Numbered from the stretch's first letter, positions 21,701 through 31,076 are shown. The stretch: 64,000 nucleotides of DNA from a virus (IMGVR_UViG_2645727948_000011), one strand, 5' to 3'. Notes: a model not told the origin generated them from the sequence alone. Translations and numbers: made by a program.

Positions 21701-24700
21701 TAGATGAGCATGCACAGGATATGCTTTATGACTTCGTTGCTGCCGGGCGCGTAGCCAGCGCAATGGACTCCGACTCCCACCGCAAAGAGGCCGCGCGTCG
21801 CCGGGTATTGTCGGAGTATTCAGATACCGGCACCGAAAAAGCAGAGAAGTATCCGTACTTTGAGGATATGGGCTTCGATAGTGTGATCGCCGACGAAGGT
21901 CACAACTACCGCAATAGCTATAAAAATGGTCGCGAAGCGTCACAACTGGCCTATCTGCCCACCAGCGCGGTGGCGCAATCGGCGCGGGATATGGCAATCA
22001 AAAACGCGTACTTGATGAAAAAGAATGGCGGGCGCGGGCCGGTTCTCCTGACTGCAACGCCAGTCGTTAACACCCCGATCGATGCATACAACATGCTTTC
22101 TCATGTTCTGCCGAAGGAATACTGGCAGAAGATGGGGATCTACGGTCCTGATGACTTCGTTAAATTCTTCGGCAAGACCAGGCTGGAAACGGTACAGAAA
22201 ATCAGCGGTGAAGTTGAAGAAAAAATGGCGCTGGTGGGCTTTGAAAACCTTGATGCGCTGCGCGGCATATTCCATCGCTGGACAACGCTTAAAACGGCGG
22301 AAGACGTTAAGGATACCGTGGAGATCCCGGAACTGGACGAACACCAGCAGGATGCACCACTTACGGAAGAACAACTGGCGGCGTATGAAGAATTGCGTCA
22401 GCAGGCGGAAGCGGCAGCCAAAGCCAACAATGGCGTAACGACCTCGGTCAATGAAGACGGCGTGATTGAGCACGAGAAAGCCCGTCCGATCTTCTCAATA
22501 ATCAGGGATATGGACCGCGTATGTACTGACATGGACCTGTACTATCGCAGGATCACCTATCGTTTCCTGCCGGAGTACGCCGATGCGGTGCAGCAGCTGG
22601 CGGACAGTTTGCCTAAACAAGCCACCAGCGAAGACGACGACAGTGATGATTCGATCACGCAGCAATCGCAATACTCCCTGATAGATAAGGGCGAGTTTAT
22701 TCAGTTGCAGGTACCGGAAGCATTTGAGCAGGAAGTGAATAAGCGCCTGGCCAAGTTTGGCATTGACGAACAGACCGTAACTCACCCCGTTACGCCCAAA
22801 TACGCGAAGCTGATTGCCACGCTGAAGGAGTTTTTCCCGGAAGGTAAGCAAATCATCTTCACCGATGAAAAAACGCAACACCAGAAGCTCAAGCGCATTA
22901 TCTGCAATGCTCTTAACCTTGAACCTTCAAAGGTGGGGATCCTGAATGCTCAGACGGTTGCCGAGGCAGGTAAAACCGGTAAGAAACTGAAAGCGGTTAA
23001 ACCGCCGAAAGAGCTACCGGATGAACCAACAGATGCACAGATAGCGAAATACAACGAGCAAATGGCTCTGTATGACGCCTATATCGCGCAGCAAAATGAA
23101 ATGTCGCTGGGTGGGCTGGAAAAGATTGCTGCCGACTTCCAGGAGGGCCGGACTCCGATCATCATCTGCAACAAAAAGGCAGAGGTGGGTATCAACCTGC
23201 ATCGAGGAACGACTGACATCCATCATCTGACGTTGCCATGGACACCAGCCAGTATCGCACAGCGTAACGGTCGCGGTGCCCGAGTTGGCTCCAACCGTGC
23301 AAGCGTTCGCGTTCACTACTACTGCGGCAAGGGTTCTTTCGATGAATACCGACTGAAGACGCTGAAGCGTAAAGCAGGCTGGATCTCCGATATCCTCCGT
23401 TCAGATAAGTCAGAAATGGAGAACGCCGACGCCAACGATATGATCGAAATGCAGATGTATACCGCTAAGGATGATGGCGAACGTCTGGCAATGATGCAGG
23501 TTCAAATGGATAAGGCGAAAGCCGCGCAACGCGCTCGCCAGAAAGAACAGGCTACTATCGACCTTCAGAACTACATCAAGGCGCAGCACGCAGCTGGCGA
23601 GGATGTGGAGGTACTTACCGCTGAATTAGAGCGAAGCAAAGCGGAACTTGAAAAGACCACCGCCGACGTCGCCAAATTCAAACAGGCGGTAATGGCCAAA
23701 GCAGCTGATAACGCAGACTGGAAAGCCCGCTGGGGTAGCGTCCATCACACAGACCGTACGTTGTTAGCACAGTATCGCGCGTCGTTGAAAAGCGCCATTC
23801 AGCGCAAGGCTAATATCTCTCAAGCCATCTCCCGCTATGAGAAATTATTGAACCGTACTCAGAAGGCCGCGACGGATATCAAACGCCTGCGCCCGCTGGT
23901 GGAGGATGCAATAAATAAAGGCATTCTGGATGTTGATCCTGATCTGGTTAACCATGCGAATGAGTTCCTTGTTATCGGCGATCGCTCATGGCGTGTAGGC
24001 CAATACTACGATTGTGCCGGTGATATCGTTCGCATTAAGTCGCTGGGCTTCGACAGCCAGCGCGCAGACGTGGAGATCATCTTTACCTTCAAAGGCACCA
24101 AATCGGGTAACTGGGATGTGAAGACGCTGGATAAACAGGTTGATGTAACTCCCGATGAAGATGCTGTTATGCAGAAAATCAGTGGTGGCGTCTCCATCGC
24201 CGGGATTAACGACATCATTTCCTGTGACGATTTCTACCGTTTCCAGCAGCGCGGCATGATCAAAATCACTGACTCATACGGCGTTCAGACTACAGAGTCA
24301 GGCTATAGCATTGATTTTGTTGGTACCTATACGGACCCACTGAAGCATGCGGTTTACCCGGATCGCCGTGACGGCGCGCTGAAGTCGTCAATTGCAAAAT
24401 GGGTGCTTGGTATGATGTCGGAAGGGAATAACCGCCAGATCCGTTCGGCAGAAACATTCCTGGTTGAACTGTTTGGCTCCAATTATGGCGATGTAATCGC
24501 GTCATACGGAGATACGCTATCCCCTGAAGCAATTCAGGAGAAAATAGCGGATGCGATCGCCAGAATGCCGGAAAAAACAAGCCAGGGGGCTACTCGTAAC
24601 GGGGATTCTGAACTTGAAGTCACCAATGCCATTTTCGGTACCAATGAGTTCCGGGCGTCAGATTATGAGATCACCACAGCACAGTTTGGCACCATTGGCA

Positions 24701-25506
24701 TTTACAGCAATAAAGACGAGATCAAACAGTCAATGGACGCTGCAAGCGCGCGCATTGCAGCAGAACGCAAAGCCAATCTGAATCATGCAGTTTCCGCGCT
24801 GACTCAATCGTGGGTAACAGCAATCAGGGAGGCCGCCACCACAGGAAAAATCACACCGGCAATTGCGGATGTCGTAAACGACGGCTCTAAATTTATGGAT
24901 GCCTATAAAATGGATGCGGTGCAGTTGCCATCAGCCTATGGTCAACTCAGCTATCGCATGACCTACAACCTGGTATCAATGTTTTCCGACCTTGCCATCC
25001 TTGGGCTGGTGGATCTTAACGAGGTTACGCCGGAATTGCTCAGCATGCGCAAGAATCATGTGGAGATATTGCAGAGAATTAACACGGTTCTTGCCGGGCG
25101 CACCGATGAAGAGAAACAGGCCGACGCTGATCGGATAAACCTGGCCCTTGGCAACATCACGGAGGAAGAGATTGCCGCCAGAAACGAGAAACAAGAAGAG
25201 TTATCATCAATACAGGGTGATGCCACCAGCATAGCTCAGTCTCTTGGTCTGAATTATCGCGTATCCACCGCCGACCTGAAGATGATGTACGCACCAAAAT
25301 TCGCCGCTGGCGAGGTATTTGGGCTTCAGGAAGCCTCAGGCATGAAAGGCGTTCTTTTCCGTGCGAAAGACGCAATCAAGGCGAAATTCGGCGCTCGCTG
25401 GCTGCCAGCGAAGGCGAAGAACAGCGATTTCCCGGGTAACTGGTGGATTATCGAGACAAAACACAACGTGGCGGACGTTCTGGCCGTCATCCAACAATAC
25501 GCATAA
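18739..25506 (+). CDS. darB: DarB antirestriction protein (N-terminal methyltransferase-like plus SF2 helicase domains)
   Basis: 2255 aa; PSAGTGVF and VGNVPFGG MTase-like motifs; GTGLGKTT, DEGHNYRN, LLTATPV helicase motifs. Confidence 0.85.
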   Translation: MNKLSMGVFRCSSVSEILKYIRAITSHRAPIKYGVEKVEGKSYDRLRREANQKAIDLLNSLVDGATLTDEQRQILAGYTGEGGIGGSVSEYYTPKPIAEGVWEIMKLYGADVGNTLEPSAGTGVFNETKPVGTVMTATEISSVSGRINQLLHPEDSVQISPFEQLAVSTPNDSFDHVVGNVPFGGRDNTRNIDKPYAEETDMGSYFMLRMLDKIKPGGFMCVIVPPSIVSGSNMKRLRLRLSRKAEFLGAHRLPTGTFDANGTSTVVDVVLMRKHPAEMAEKIPLVDESTLESANVLWPTFISGKWFEKDGRRFVHGTQEKGFQGRIEVRADGQIDNQALKAKLIHRFESRIDWSLLDMAEPSPTADVVGEGEMRLINGVWQKYAGGRWIEADAGKELKIDAASYGADSWEALQRNLTTTEGRLGMTFTQMANVRDKYTTSISDDMVQLVDWINSQPEKYRERLYRGAMIGRMLIEYQDMKAAGHSAEQIEQQRLSLVSRLQAEIDRFGNPGRGPIAKLSGSGARAWFAFRGAIKLDGTISDELTGKLVTHDSSASYDSTSYQDTLRYLYSDLTRDPIQLDDFRLAFTGELPASDEELLNLLASTPGIAVSPYGGIVPFARATSGDINEIVAPKQEFLATLPDGPVKNNVLNQLAAIEEKRIKTPAENIRFKLNSRWFDRSVILEFLQENGYPDLRYVQSVQLEGDEMVSDTYHGGDGLFVGHRYGVVQRKDKETGEIRYEWDRKSGENATGFPAQLEKYLNGARIGGKDSATANGYREQMALLEDQFNKWIKTHDRYDELVAKYNDVFNSNIPYEHSGDPLGLKGLSGKRQPFDYQNSEVRRLSEDGRGILGFGTGLGKTTTALALEAFNYENGRSTRTAYVVPKSVLENWYYEAKEFLSEEAFSNYLFVGLDVLMDGDQIRQVPVLNENGKPVLGTDGTPVMRDALKLADEATITARMNAIPHSNYRAVVFTKEQYARIPLRDDTVDEHAQDMLYDFVAAGRVASAMDSDSHRKEAARRRVLSEYSDTGTEKAEKYPYFEDMGFDSVIADEGHNYRNSYKNGREASQLAYLPTSAVAQSARDMAIKNAYLMKKNGGRGPVLLTATPVVNTPIDAYNMLSHVLPKEYWQKMGIYGPDDFVKFFGKTRLETVQKISGEVEEKMALVGFENLDALRGIFHRWTTLKTAEDVKDTVEIPELDEHQQDAPLTEEQLAAYEELRQQAEAAAKANNGVTTSVNEDGVIEHEKARPIFSIIRDMDRVCTDMDLYYRRITYRFLPEYADAVQQLADSLPKQATSEDDDSDDSITQQSQYSLIDKGEFIQLQVPEAFEQEVNKRLAKFGIDEQTVTHPVTPKYAKLIATLKEFFPEGKQIIFTDEKTQHQKLKRIICNALNLEPSKVGILNAQTVAEAGKTGKKLKAVKPPKELPDEPTDAQIAKYNEQMALYDAYIAQQNEMSLGGLEKIAADFQEGRTPIIICNKKAEVGINLHRGTTDIHHLTLPWTPASIAQRNGRGARVGSNRASVRVHYYCGKGSFDEYRLKTLKRKAGWISDILRSDKSEMENADANDMIEMQMYTAKDDGERLAMMQVQMDKAKAAQRARQKEQATIDLQNYIKAQHAAGEDVEVLTAELERSKAELEKTTADVAKFKQAVMAKAADNADWKARWGSVHHTDRTLLAQYRASLKSAIQRKANISQAISRYEKLLNRTQKAATDIKRLRPLVEDAINKGILDVDPDLVNHANEFLVIGDRSWRVGQYYDCAGDIVRIKSLGFDSQRADVEIIFTFKGTKSGNWDVKTLDKQVDVTPDEDAVMQKISGGVSIAGINDIISCDDFYRFQQRGMIKITDSYGVQTTESGYSIDFVGTYTDPLKHAVYPDRRDGALKSSIAKWVLGMMSEGNNRQIRSAETFLVELFGSNYGDVIASYGDTLSPEAIQEKIADAIARMPEKTSQGATRNGDSELEVTNAIFGTNEFRASDYEITTAQFGTIGIYSNKDEIKQSMDAASARIAAERKANLNHAVSALTQSWVTAIREAATTGKITPAIADVVNDGSKFMDAYKMDAVQLPSAYGQLSYRMTYNLVSMFSDLAILGLVDLNEVTPELLSMRKNHVEILQRINTVLAGRTDEEKQADADRINLALGNITEEEIAARNEKQEELSSIQGDATSIAQSLGLNYRVSTADLKMMYAPKFAAGEVFGLQEASGMKGVLFRAKDAIKAKFGARWLPAKAKNSDFPGNWWIIETKHNVADVLAVIQQYA

Positions 25507-25539
25507 CAGGAGCGCCCGGTTCGCCGGGCGTCGCATAAT

Positions 25540-25980
25540 ATGGCCACACTATCTGATACAATAAAACCGAATAAAACATATCTTGAGGCGGTACTCCGTA
25601 CAGCGTTGTTAGGAAAGACAGAAGACGAATACGTTGATTTCTTCCTGTCAGGGCTACGCGGGCGATTACTGAAAAATCCCCGCCTGTACCGCAGCTATGG
25701 TCCATACTGGCCGGAAATTAAAAAATTATTACTGGAGCGCGGTTATGGTAATTTCGGTCGTCTCGTTGACCGTGACGTTCGCAAAATTTACCGTTATGAC
25801 CGCCCGGCGCTAACACTCATAGCCGCGACGCTCTACAGCCAGGAGCGTTTTGATAATGGTCAGATATACTCAGCCTGGCATTTACTGCCAGTGCCTGAAG
25901 AGGTTGACGACCAGGACTATGAGTTTGAGTCTTACGATTTGGAAGTTGAAGCCTTGGCACAGGCTGGAGAGAAAACTTGA
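25540..25980 (+). CDS. ulx: Ulx-like protein
   Basis: 146 aa between darB and lxc. Confidence 0.45.
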   Translation: MATLSDTIKPNKTYLEAVLRTALLGKTEDEYVDFFLSGLRGRLLKNPRLYRSYGPYWPEIKKLLLERGYGNFGRLVDRDVRKIYRYDRPALTLIAATLYSQERFDNGQIYSAWHLLPVPEEVDDQDYEFESYDLEVEALAQAGEKT

Positions 25981-26225
25981 AAAAGCGATACTACACAGTA
26001 AAGCATGGGACGCTACGAGCATTACAAGAGTTTGCTGACAAGCATAACGTTGAGGTGCGCAGGGAAGGGGGAAGTAAAGCTCTGCGCATGTACCGTCCGG
26101 ACGGAAAATGGCGGACGGTCGTCGATTTCAAAACTAACAGCGTTCCCCAGGGCGTCCGCGACCGGGCATTCGAGGAATGGGAGCAGATCATCATAGATAA
26201 CGCATTGCTCCTGAATGCTGATTAA
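25977..26225 (+). CDS. lxc: Lxc/Bof-like C1 co-repressor
   Basis: 82-aa ORF, size and position as P1 bof/lxc. Confidence 0.45.
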   Translation: MKKRYYTVKHGTLRALQEFADKHNVEVRREGGSKALRMYRPDGKWRTVVDFKTNSVPQGVRDRAFEEWEQIIIDNALLLNAD

Positions 26226-26230
26226 GAACT

Positions 26231-26257
26231 CTCCGGCCTAGGGAGATTAGGCCGGAG
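26231..26257. terminator. Hairpin between convergent lxc and the SIR2-like gene
   Basis: CTCCGGCC...GGCCGGAG 8-bp stem. Confidence 0.45.
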
Positions 26258-26266
26258 ATAAATATA

Positions 26267-27571
26267 CTATATAAACTTAGATATAATATCGTGAATCTGT
26301 TGTAGCGGGATTTCTTCCATCTTACTCTTAATAAGAGAGCGGTTAGATGCTGTCAGTGAAGGCCATTTTGTTTTCCAGGCTAGATATGCTCGCCATGAGT
26401 AGCCTGTTTCGTAAGGTTTATTCATATAAGTCATTGAGTGTTCAACCGCATGTATGTATTTTTTCTCAAAGTTGGTTCCTTTTACTTCAAATAAACTACC
26501 GAAATAAATAAGCCATTTTGCCAGGTGTTCATACTGCTCCCATGCGCCAGACTCTTTAGTAAGATCTATTTTTTTATCTATTATATCACAAAAAACATTT
26601 AATACCTTTTCATCATTCCAGCTATATCCAGATGATGAAATGGAGGAAATGATATGATAAAAAGAATCCTCTAACTTCAAGAACTCTATTTTATACTCTC
26701 TTCCGTTTTTTATTACCGATTTGATTGAGTGCCTCAATTTGTCTTTTATTTTTTTTGCTTCTGGAATTTTCTTGTTAAGTTTTCTAAAGAAATCAGACAC
26801 CTCTGTTTTATCTATAACCCTAATCCCAAAGCAGGAAAAATAGTAATCTTTAATAGGTTGCAATAGTTTCCCTCGGGAAATAAGGAAAATATTGGAGGAC
26901 ATTACGTTGTCCCGTGAAAATACCTTATATTCATTTATAATCGCCTTGAGGTTCGCGTCACTTAGAGAATAGCCAAGAATAACAATAGTGTTTTCATGTA
27001 GAACTGTGCTTAGTTTATTTGAAAAGTAAGAATTACCATTTATAAATCTGAAATAATCCTCGCTAGTAACAACCATATCTGATGGGGAGTCTATAGAGCC
27101 GTGAACATGGTAGACTTTAACCTCACAATTATATTTTGGAATTGGCAGGCCGGGGGTGATTGTACACGTTCGATTCTCTCCAGCCAGTTTTTCTGCTAAC
27201 TTGTCATAATTTGTCGTAATTACTTTAAATGTGTTTTCTTTGAAAAAGTCTTGAATATATTCAATTGATGGATCAAGTTCGATTGAGGCTATGATTTTCT
27301 CAATCTCCTGGTAAATATTTTTCCCCGAAAGTATAAATTTTAGTGCAATAACCTGAGCAGCCTCTTCAAGGCTAAGGTCTTTTGCTTTTCCATCAGGAAA
27401 TAATTCCTCTTTGAGTGAGTCACCATCCTTCAATAAACCGCACAGTTGCTCCAATAAAGATTGCCAACTTGGGGCTTTATCATCAGAAACAGCCTTTGAA
27501 AATCCAGTGCCTGTAAGAAAGCACAGCCTATGTGTAGCTGCTGCATAGGCAATTTCTATATACTCGCTCAT
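26267..27571 (-). CDS. SIR2-like (sirtuin-fold) protein with an uncharacterised helical C-terminal domain; candidate defence NADase
   Basis: Motifs FLTGTGFS, ITTNYD, YHVHGSI, ILGYSLSD; GGAG RBS 8 nt upstream; markedly AT-rich versus neighbours; lies where P1 has res/mod. Confidence 0.75.
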   Translation of the reverse strand: MSEYIEIAYAAATHRLCFLTGTGFSKAVSDDKAPSWQSLLEQLCGLLKDGDSLKEELFPDGKAKDLSLEEAAQVIALKFILSGKNIYQEIEKIIASIELDPSIEYIQDFFKENTFKVITTNYDKLAEKLAGENRTCTITPGLPIPKYNCEVKVYHVHGSIDSPSDMVVTSEDYFRFINGNSYFSNKLSTVLHENTIVILGYSLSDANLKAIINEYKVFSRDNVMSSNIFLISRGKLLQPIKDYYFSCFGIRVIDKTEVSDFFRKLNKKIPEAKKIKDKLRHSIKSVIKNGREYKIEFLKLEDSFYHIISSISSSGYSWNDEKVLNVFCDIIDKKIDLTKESGAWEQYEHLAKWLIYFGSLFEVKGTNFEKKYIHAVEHSMTYMNKPYETGYSWRAYLAWKTKWPSLTASNRSLIKSKMEEIPLQQIHDIISKFI

Positions 27572-27627
27572 TACTTACTCCATTTACTTATAGTTCTACG
27601 GAGAAGTATACCCTAATGCATTGACGT

Positions 27628-28269
27628 TTATAGATAATTTCCTTTTCCTGTTAATACTCCCTTAGGCACCTGTTTTTGTGCCAGCGTTTGGGTTCCGCGA
27701 ATTATGTTAATCAGAGGGCTTAGTAACGATGGTTCCTGGCGTGCCTCAACTTCTCCAGCCATTGCCCTGATGTAGTCTGCGCTGGCAACGTTGTTGTATT
27801 CCGTCGCAAAGCAACATAGTAACGTCAGAACATGCTCTGTCGTTATTTCGCTCCAGTTGATGTTGAAAAATTCATCGCCTTTTTTGTCGTGTTCGGAATC
27901 GAAGATGCTTTGGTGGAGGATGTATTTGCCGGATTCTTTGCGCGGTAACTTGATCGCTTTCTGGCGTTCCAATTCCTTGTAAATCTGCATTGCTTCAATC
28001 AGTACCGGCCTGCCGTTCATAAAGGGATCTCGCAACCTTACACGCTGGCCAACTCGACCAGTAATAAAGCTGTTTTCCTCTTCCACCAGCACGATAAAAC
28101 CCTTTTCCTCTTTTTCTCGCAATTCGCGCAGCAGCTGGAGTTCCATGTCGCGGCGGCGTTCAGGGTAGCTGGTCCGCTCAGCCATTATCAGCTCATTGTT
28201 GATCCATGCAGCAGTCATTGACGCCGGTTTGCCGACGCTCATTGAAACAACGCATATTTTCTTATCCAT
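27628..28269 (-). CDS. mat: Mat-like particle maturation protein
   Basis: P1 synteny between ref and the R-M slot; ATG at 28269. Confidence 0.4.
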   Translation of the reverse strand: MDKKICVVSMSVGKPASMTAAWINNELIMAERTSYPERRRDMELQLLRELREKEEKGFIVLVEEENSFITGRVGQRVRLRDPFMNGRPVLIEAMQIYKELERQKAIKLPRKESGKYILHQSIFDSEHDKKGDEFFNINWSEITTEHVLTLLCCFATEYNNVASADYIRAMAGEVEARQEPSLLSPLINIIRGTQTLAQKQVPKGVLTGKGNYL

Positions 28270-28456
28270 AGCGCCCCACAAAAAAGAAAAGCCACCAGCG
28301 GCGGCTTAGCAATACAACTGAAGGTAGCGCCCGGTACTCAGACTGTGCCGTCCATGGAATATTTGAAAAGGGATCCATCCGTACCGGGCGTGTGATGATT
28401 CTGACTGAAGTCACTTGTCAGTTGTCAATTATTTCAGATTAAAAATAATATATTTA

Positions 28457-29017
28457 TTAGTGCATGATGTTTGCCATCTCATAGGCGTCAGCCAGCAACT
28501 CCATCTCTGACTTGTTCAGCAAGGTGAATTCTTTCTTGCCTCCAACCACACCATCGGCATGAACAGGGACCAGCCAAGGGTATTTTTCTCTTACTTCAGC
28601 CGGTGCTGCATGCTGGTGGTGCCATCTGCAAAGGGGCAATTGCTTTTTGTGACAACCCGGCGCGGTACGACCGGAGATATGGTGCAGAGACACCTCTTCA
28701 GATATTACTCCATGCATGTAGCAGGCAATGCAGGGGAGAGCGCCAAGAGCATTGGCGATGCGCCGTTCCTCCGCCGTTGGTGTTCTCCCCTTCAAGCCAC
28801 GAGATTTTATTTTTACCGCGCTTTTCCGCGTTTTGCTGGCTGGTGGGCGCTCTTTCTGTTTAGCGATACGGCGGTCGATAGTATCCCGCATTTTCTGATA
28901 TTGCGATTCTCGCCAGGCGGGGTCAGCCAACTTTTCCCGTTGCCGAGCGATCGCTCGTTCTCTGGCTGCCTTCTGCCACTCGCGGCGCTGTTCAATTTTT
29001 TGTTCGATTGTTTTCAT
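28457..29017 (-). CDS. ref: Ref HNH endonuclease
   Basis: Start MKTIEQK gives 186 aa; HNH-like Cys/His cluster CIACYMHG...HHISGR...CRWHH; C1 operator upstream. Confidence 0.8.
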   Translation of the reverse strand: MKTIEQKIEQRREWQKAARERAIARQREKLADPAWRESQYQKMRDTIDRRIAKQKERPPASKTRKSAVKIKSRGLKGRTPTAEERRIANALGALPCIACYMHGVISEEVSLHHISGRTAPGCHKKQLPLCRWHHQHAAPAEVREKYPWLVPVHADGVVGGKKEFTLLNKSEMELLADAYEMANIMH

Positions 29018-29115
29018 ATGGCAAAAAAAAGGCGGCCTAATGGCCGCCAATGATGTCAAGGAGTGAAGTAATGGCAACGTCTTCGTAGTTGACAAAAACT
29101 GCGGCTCAATTATAA

Positions 29116-29132
29116 CAATCAATTAGAGCAAT
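29116..29132. promoter_or_regulatory. C1 operator upstream of ref
   Basis: Contains ATTAGAGCAAT core. Confidence 0.55.
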
Positions 29133-29264
29133 GGTAGATATTTTGTTTATCGCGAATCACATTTTTTCACTTCAGTACCTGTGTGCTATACTCCTTCTTG
29201 ATTGATTGGATGCGGAATACAACCCCGCTCTTTTGTGCAGCCTGGCTCCTTGCCAGGCTTTTTT

Positions 29265-29576
29265 TTATTTCATCATGGAAGCTGTTAACGCTTTGGACCT
29301 TGCTGAACTGATTGAAAGGACATTGTTAACCTTACCCAAGAGTTCGCCAAACTCAGACATCACTTTAGCAAAACCGCGCCGTGCTTCTTCCTCGGTGGCA
29401 TTCATCACGAAATGTTCAGCACTACGCATACTTTTGACAGGAAACGCAACGGATATTGAGTCAATATCAGGCATTCTATCGTTCAGCTTTACAGTGACAA
29501 TGACGGCTGGCGACTGAATATTGGTGCTTACAGACAGCACTACATATTTTCCGTCGATGTTGAAATCCTTCCTCAT
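29265..29576 (-). CDS. cra: Cra-like protein
   Basis: 103-aa ORF directly downstream of cre, as in P1. Confidence 0.45.
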   Translation of the reverse strand: MRKDFNIDGKYVVLSVSTNIQSPAVIVTVKLNDRMPDIDSISVAFPVKSMRSAEHFVMNATEEEARRGFAKVMSEFGELLGKVNNVLSISSARSKALTASMMK

Positions 29577-29592
29577 ATGTCACCATAAATAT

Positions 29593-29609
29593 CAAAGAAT
29601 TAGAGCAAT
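29593..29609. promoter_or_regulatory. C1 operator-like site
   Basis: Contains AATTAGAGCAAT. Confidence 0.5.
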
Positions 29610-29626
29610 CATTTACGCATTAATGG

Positions 29627-30658
29627 CTAATCGCCATCTTCCAGCAGGCGCACCATTGCCCCTGTTTCACTATCCAGGTTACGGATATAGTTCATGACAA
29701 TATTTACATTGGTCCAGCCACCAGCTTGCATGATCTCCGGTATTGAAACTCCAGCGCGGGCCATATCTCGCGCGGCTCCGACACGGGCACTGTGTCCAGA
29801 CCAGGCCAGGTATCTCTGACCAGAGTCATCCTTAGCGCCGTAAATCAATCGATGAGTTGCTTCAAAAATCCCTTCCAGGGCGCGAGTTGATAGCTGGCTG
29901 GTGGCAGATGGCGCGGCAACACCATTTTTTCTGACCCGGCAAAACAGGTAGTTATTCGGATCATCAGCTACACCAGAGACGGAAATCCATCGCTCGACCA
30001 GTTTAGTTACCCCCAGGCTAAGTGCCTTCTCTACACCTGCGGTGCTAACCAGCGTTTTCGTTCTGCCAATATGGATTAACATTCTCCCACCGTCAGTACG
30101 TGAGATATCTTTAACCCTGATCCTGGCAATTTCGGCTATACGTAACAGGGTGTTATAAGCAATCCCCAGAAATGCCAGATTACGTATATCCTGGCAGCGC
30201 TCACTATTTTCCATGAGTGAACGAACCAGGTCGAAATCAGTGCGTTCGAACGCCAGCGCCTGTTTTGCACGCTCACCGGCATCAACGTTTTCTTTTCGGA
30301 TCCGTCGCATGACCAGTGAAACAGCATTGCTGTCACTTGGTCGTGGCAGCCCGGACCGACGATGAAGCATGTTTAGCTGGCCCAAATGTTGCTGGATAGT
30401 TTTTACTGCCAGACCGCGCGCCTGAAGATATAGAAGATAATCGCGAACATCTTCAGGTTCTGCGGGAAACCATTTCCGGTTATTCAACTTGCACCATGCC
30501 GCCCACGACCGGCAAACGGACAGAAGCATTTTCCAGGTATGCTCAGAAAACGCCTGGCGATCCCTGAACATGTCCATCAGGTTCTTGCGAACCTCATCAC
30601 TCGTTGCATCGACCGGTAATGCAGGCAAATTTTGGTGTACGGTCAGTAAATTGGACAT
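29627..30658 (-). CDS. cre: Cre tyrosine recombinase
   Basis: 343 aa beginning MSNLLTVHQNLPALPVDATSDEVRKNLMDMFRDRQAFSEHTWKMLLSVCRSWAAWCK, matching P1 Cre. Confidence 0.98.
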   Translation of the reverse strand: MSNLLTVHQNLPALPVDATSDEVRKNLMDMFRDRQAFSEHTWKMLLSVCRSWAAWCKLNNRKWFPAEPEDVRDYLLYLQARGLAVKTIQQHLGQLNMLHRRSGLPRPSDSNAVSLVMRRIRKENVDAGERAKQALAFERTDFDLVRSLMENSERCQDIRNLAFLGIAYNTLLRIAEIARIRVKDISRTDGGRMLIHIGRTKTLVSTAGVEKALSLGVTKLVERWISVSGVADDPNNYLFCRVRKNGVAAPSATSQLSTRALEGIFEATHRLIYGAKDDSGQRYLAWSGHSARVGAARDMARAGVSIPEIMQAGGWTNVNIVMNYIRNLDSETGAMVRLLEDGD

Positions 30659-30665
30659 TTAACAC

Positions 30666-30887
30666 TCAGATAATGGTTTTAAGTAAAGTGTACAGGATCG
30701 GCTCTGCCTTTACCTGTTTATGGTTCTCGTCATAGAAACGCCAGCGACCACGCGTGCGTTCTATTTTCTCTTCACCGCGCGATAATGACAGTTGACAACT
30801 ATCACGATCAAACCCTTTTGCCCGCCAGTAACCACGGTTTTTCTCAAGCTCAATATGAGTGGACACTTTAGCAGCTGAATATCCCAT
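30666..30887 (-). CDS. Hypothetical small protein between loxP and cre
   Basis: 73-aa ORF with GAGGTGA RBS 6 nt upstream of ATG. Confidence 0.3.
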   Translation of the reverse strand: MGYSAAKVSTHIELEKNRGYWRAKGFDRDSCQLSLSRGEEKIERTRGRWRFYDENHKQVKAEPILYTLLKTII

Positions 30888-31076
30888 TTTTCACCTCTGA
30901 TTGATTGGTGGTGCTAAGTGCGCTACGCGAAATCTGGAGCACTAACACTGCCAACATTTCGCAGATTTTACGTAGCGCAACCTTGATCAAATGATCAAGT
31001 GATCACTATTTGACCTGATAAGGTATTGAACTGTATGGATTTACAGGTAAATTGATCATGTTCAATAACCCTTAAG

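Noticed and set aside
18772-25547. Many 60-180-aa ORFs on both strands inside darB (e.g. 18772-19230, 21940-22473, 22495-22881)
   Set aside because: All are embedded in or antisense to the continuous 2255-aa DarB frame and lack RBSs; treated as six-frame noise.
26267-28281. Whether the SIR2-like gene is a Thoeris ThsA with the neighbouring 217-aa gene as ThsB
   Set aside because: The neighbour has P1-like GC content and no TIR-like features, and sits in the mat position; the SIR2-like protein lacks a recognisable SLOG C-domain. Left as an orphan SIR2-like gene.
26225-28457. Expected P1 IS1 copy and type III res/mod genes
   Set aside because: No transposase-like or Res/Mod-like ORF is present anywhere in the window; the slot holds only the SIR2-like gene.
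29206-29517. Plus-strand 103-aa ORF antisense to cra
   Set aside because: Overlaps cra almost completely; no RBS; more likely noise, although an antisense RNA here is possible (see terminator finding).
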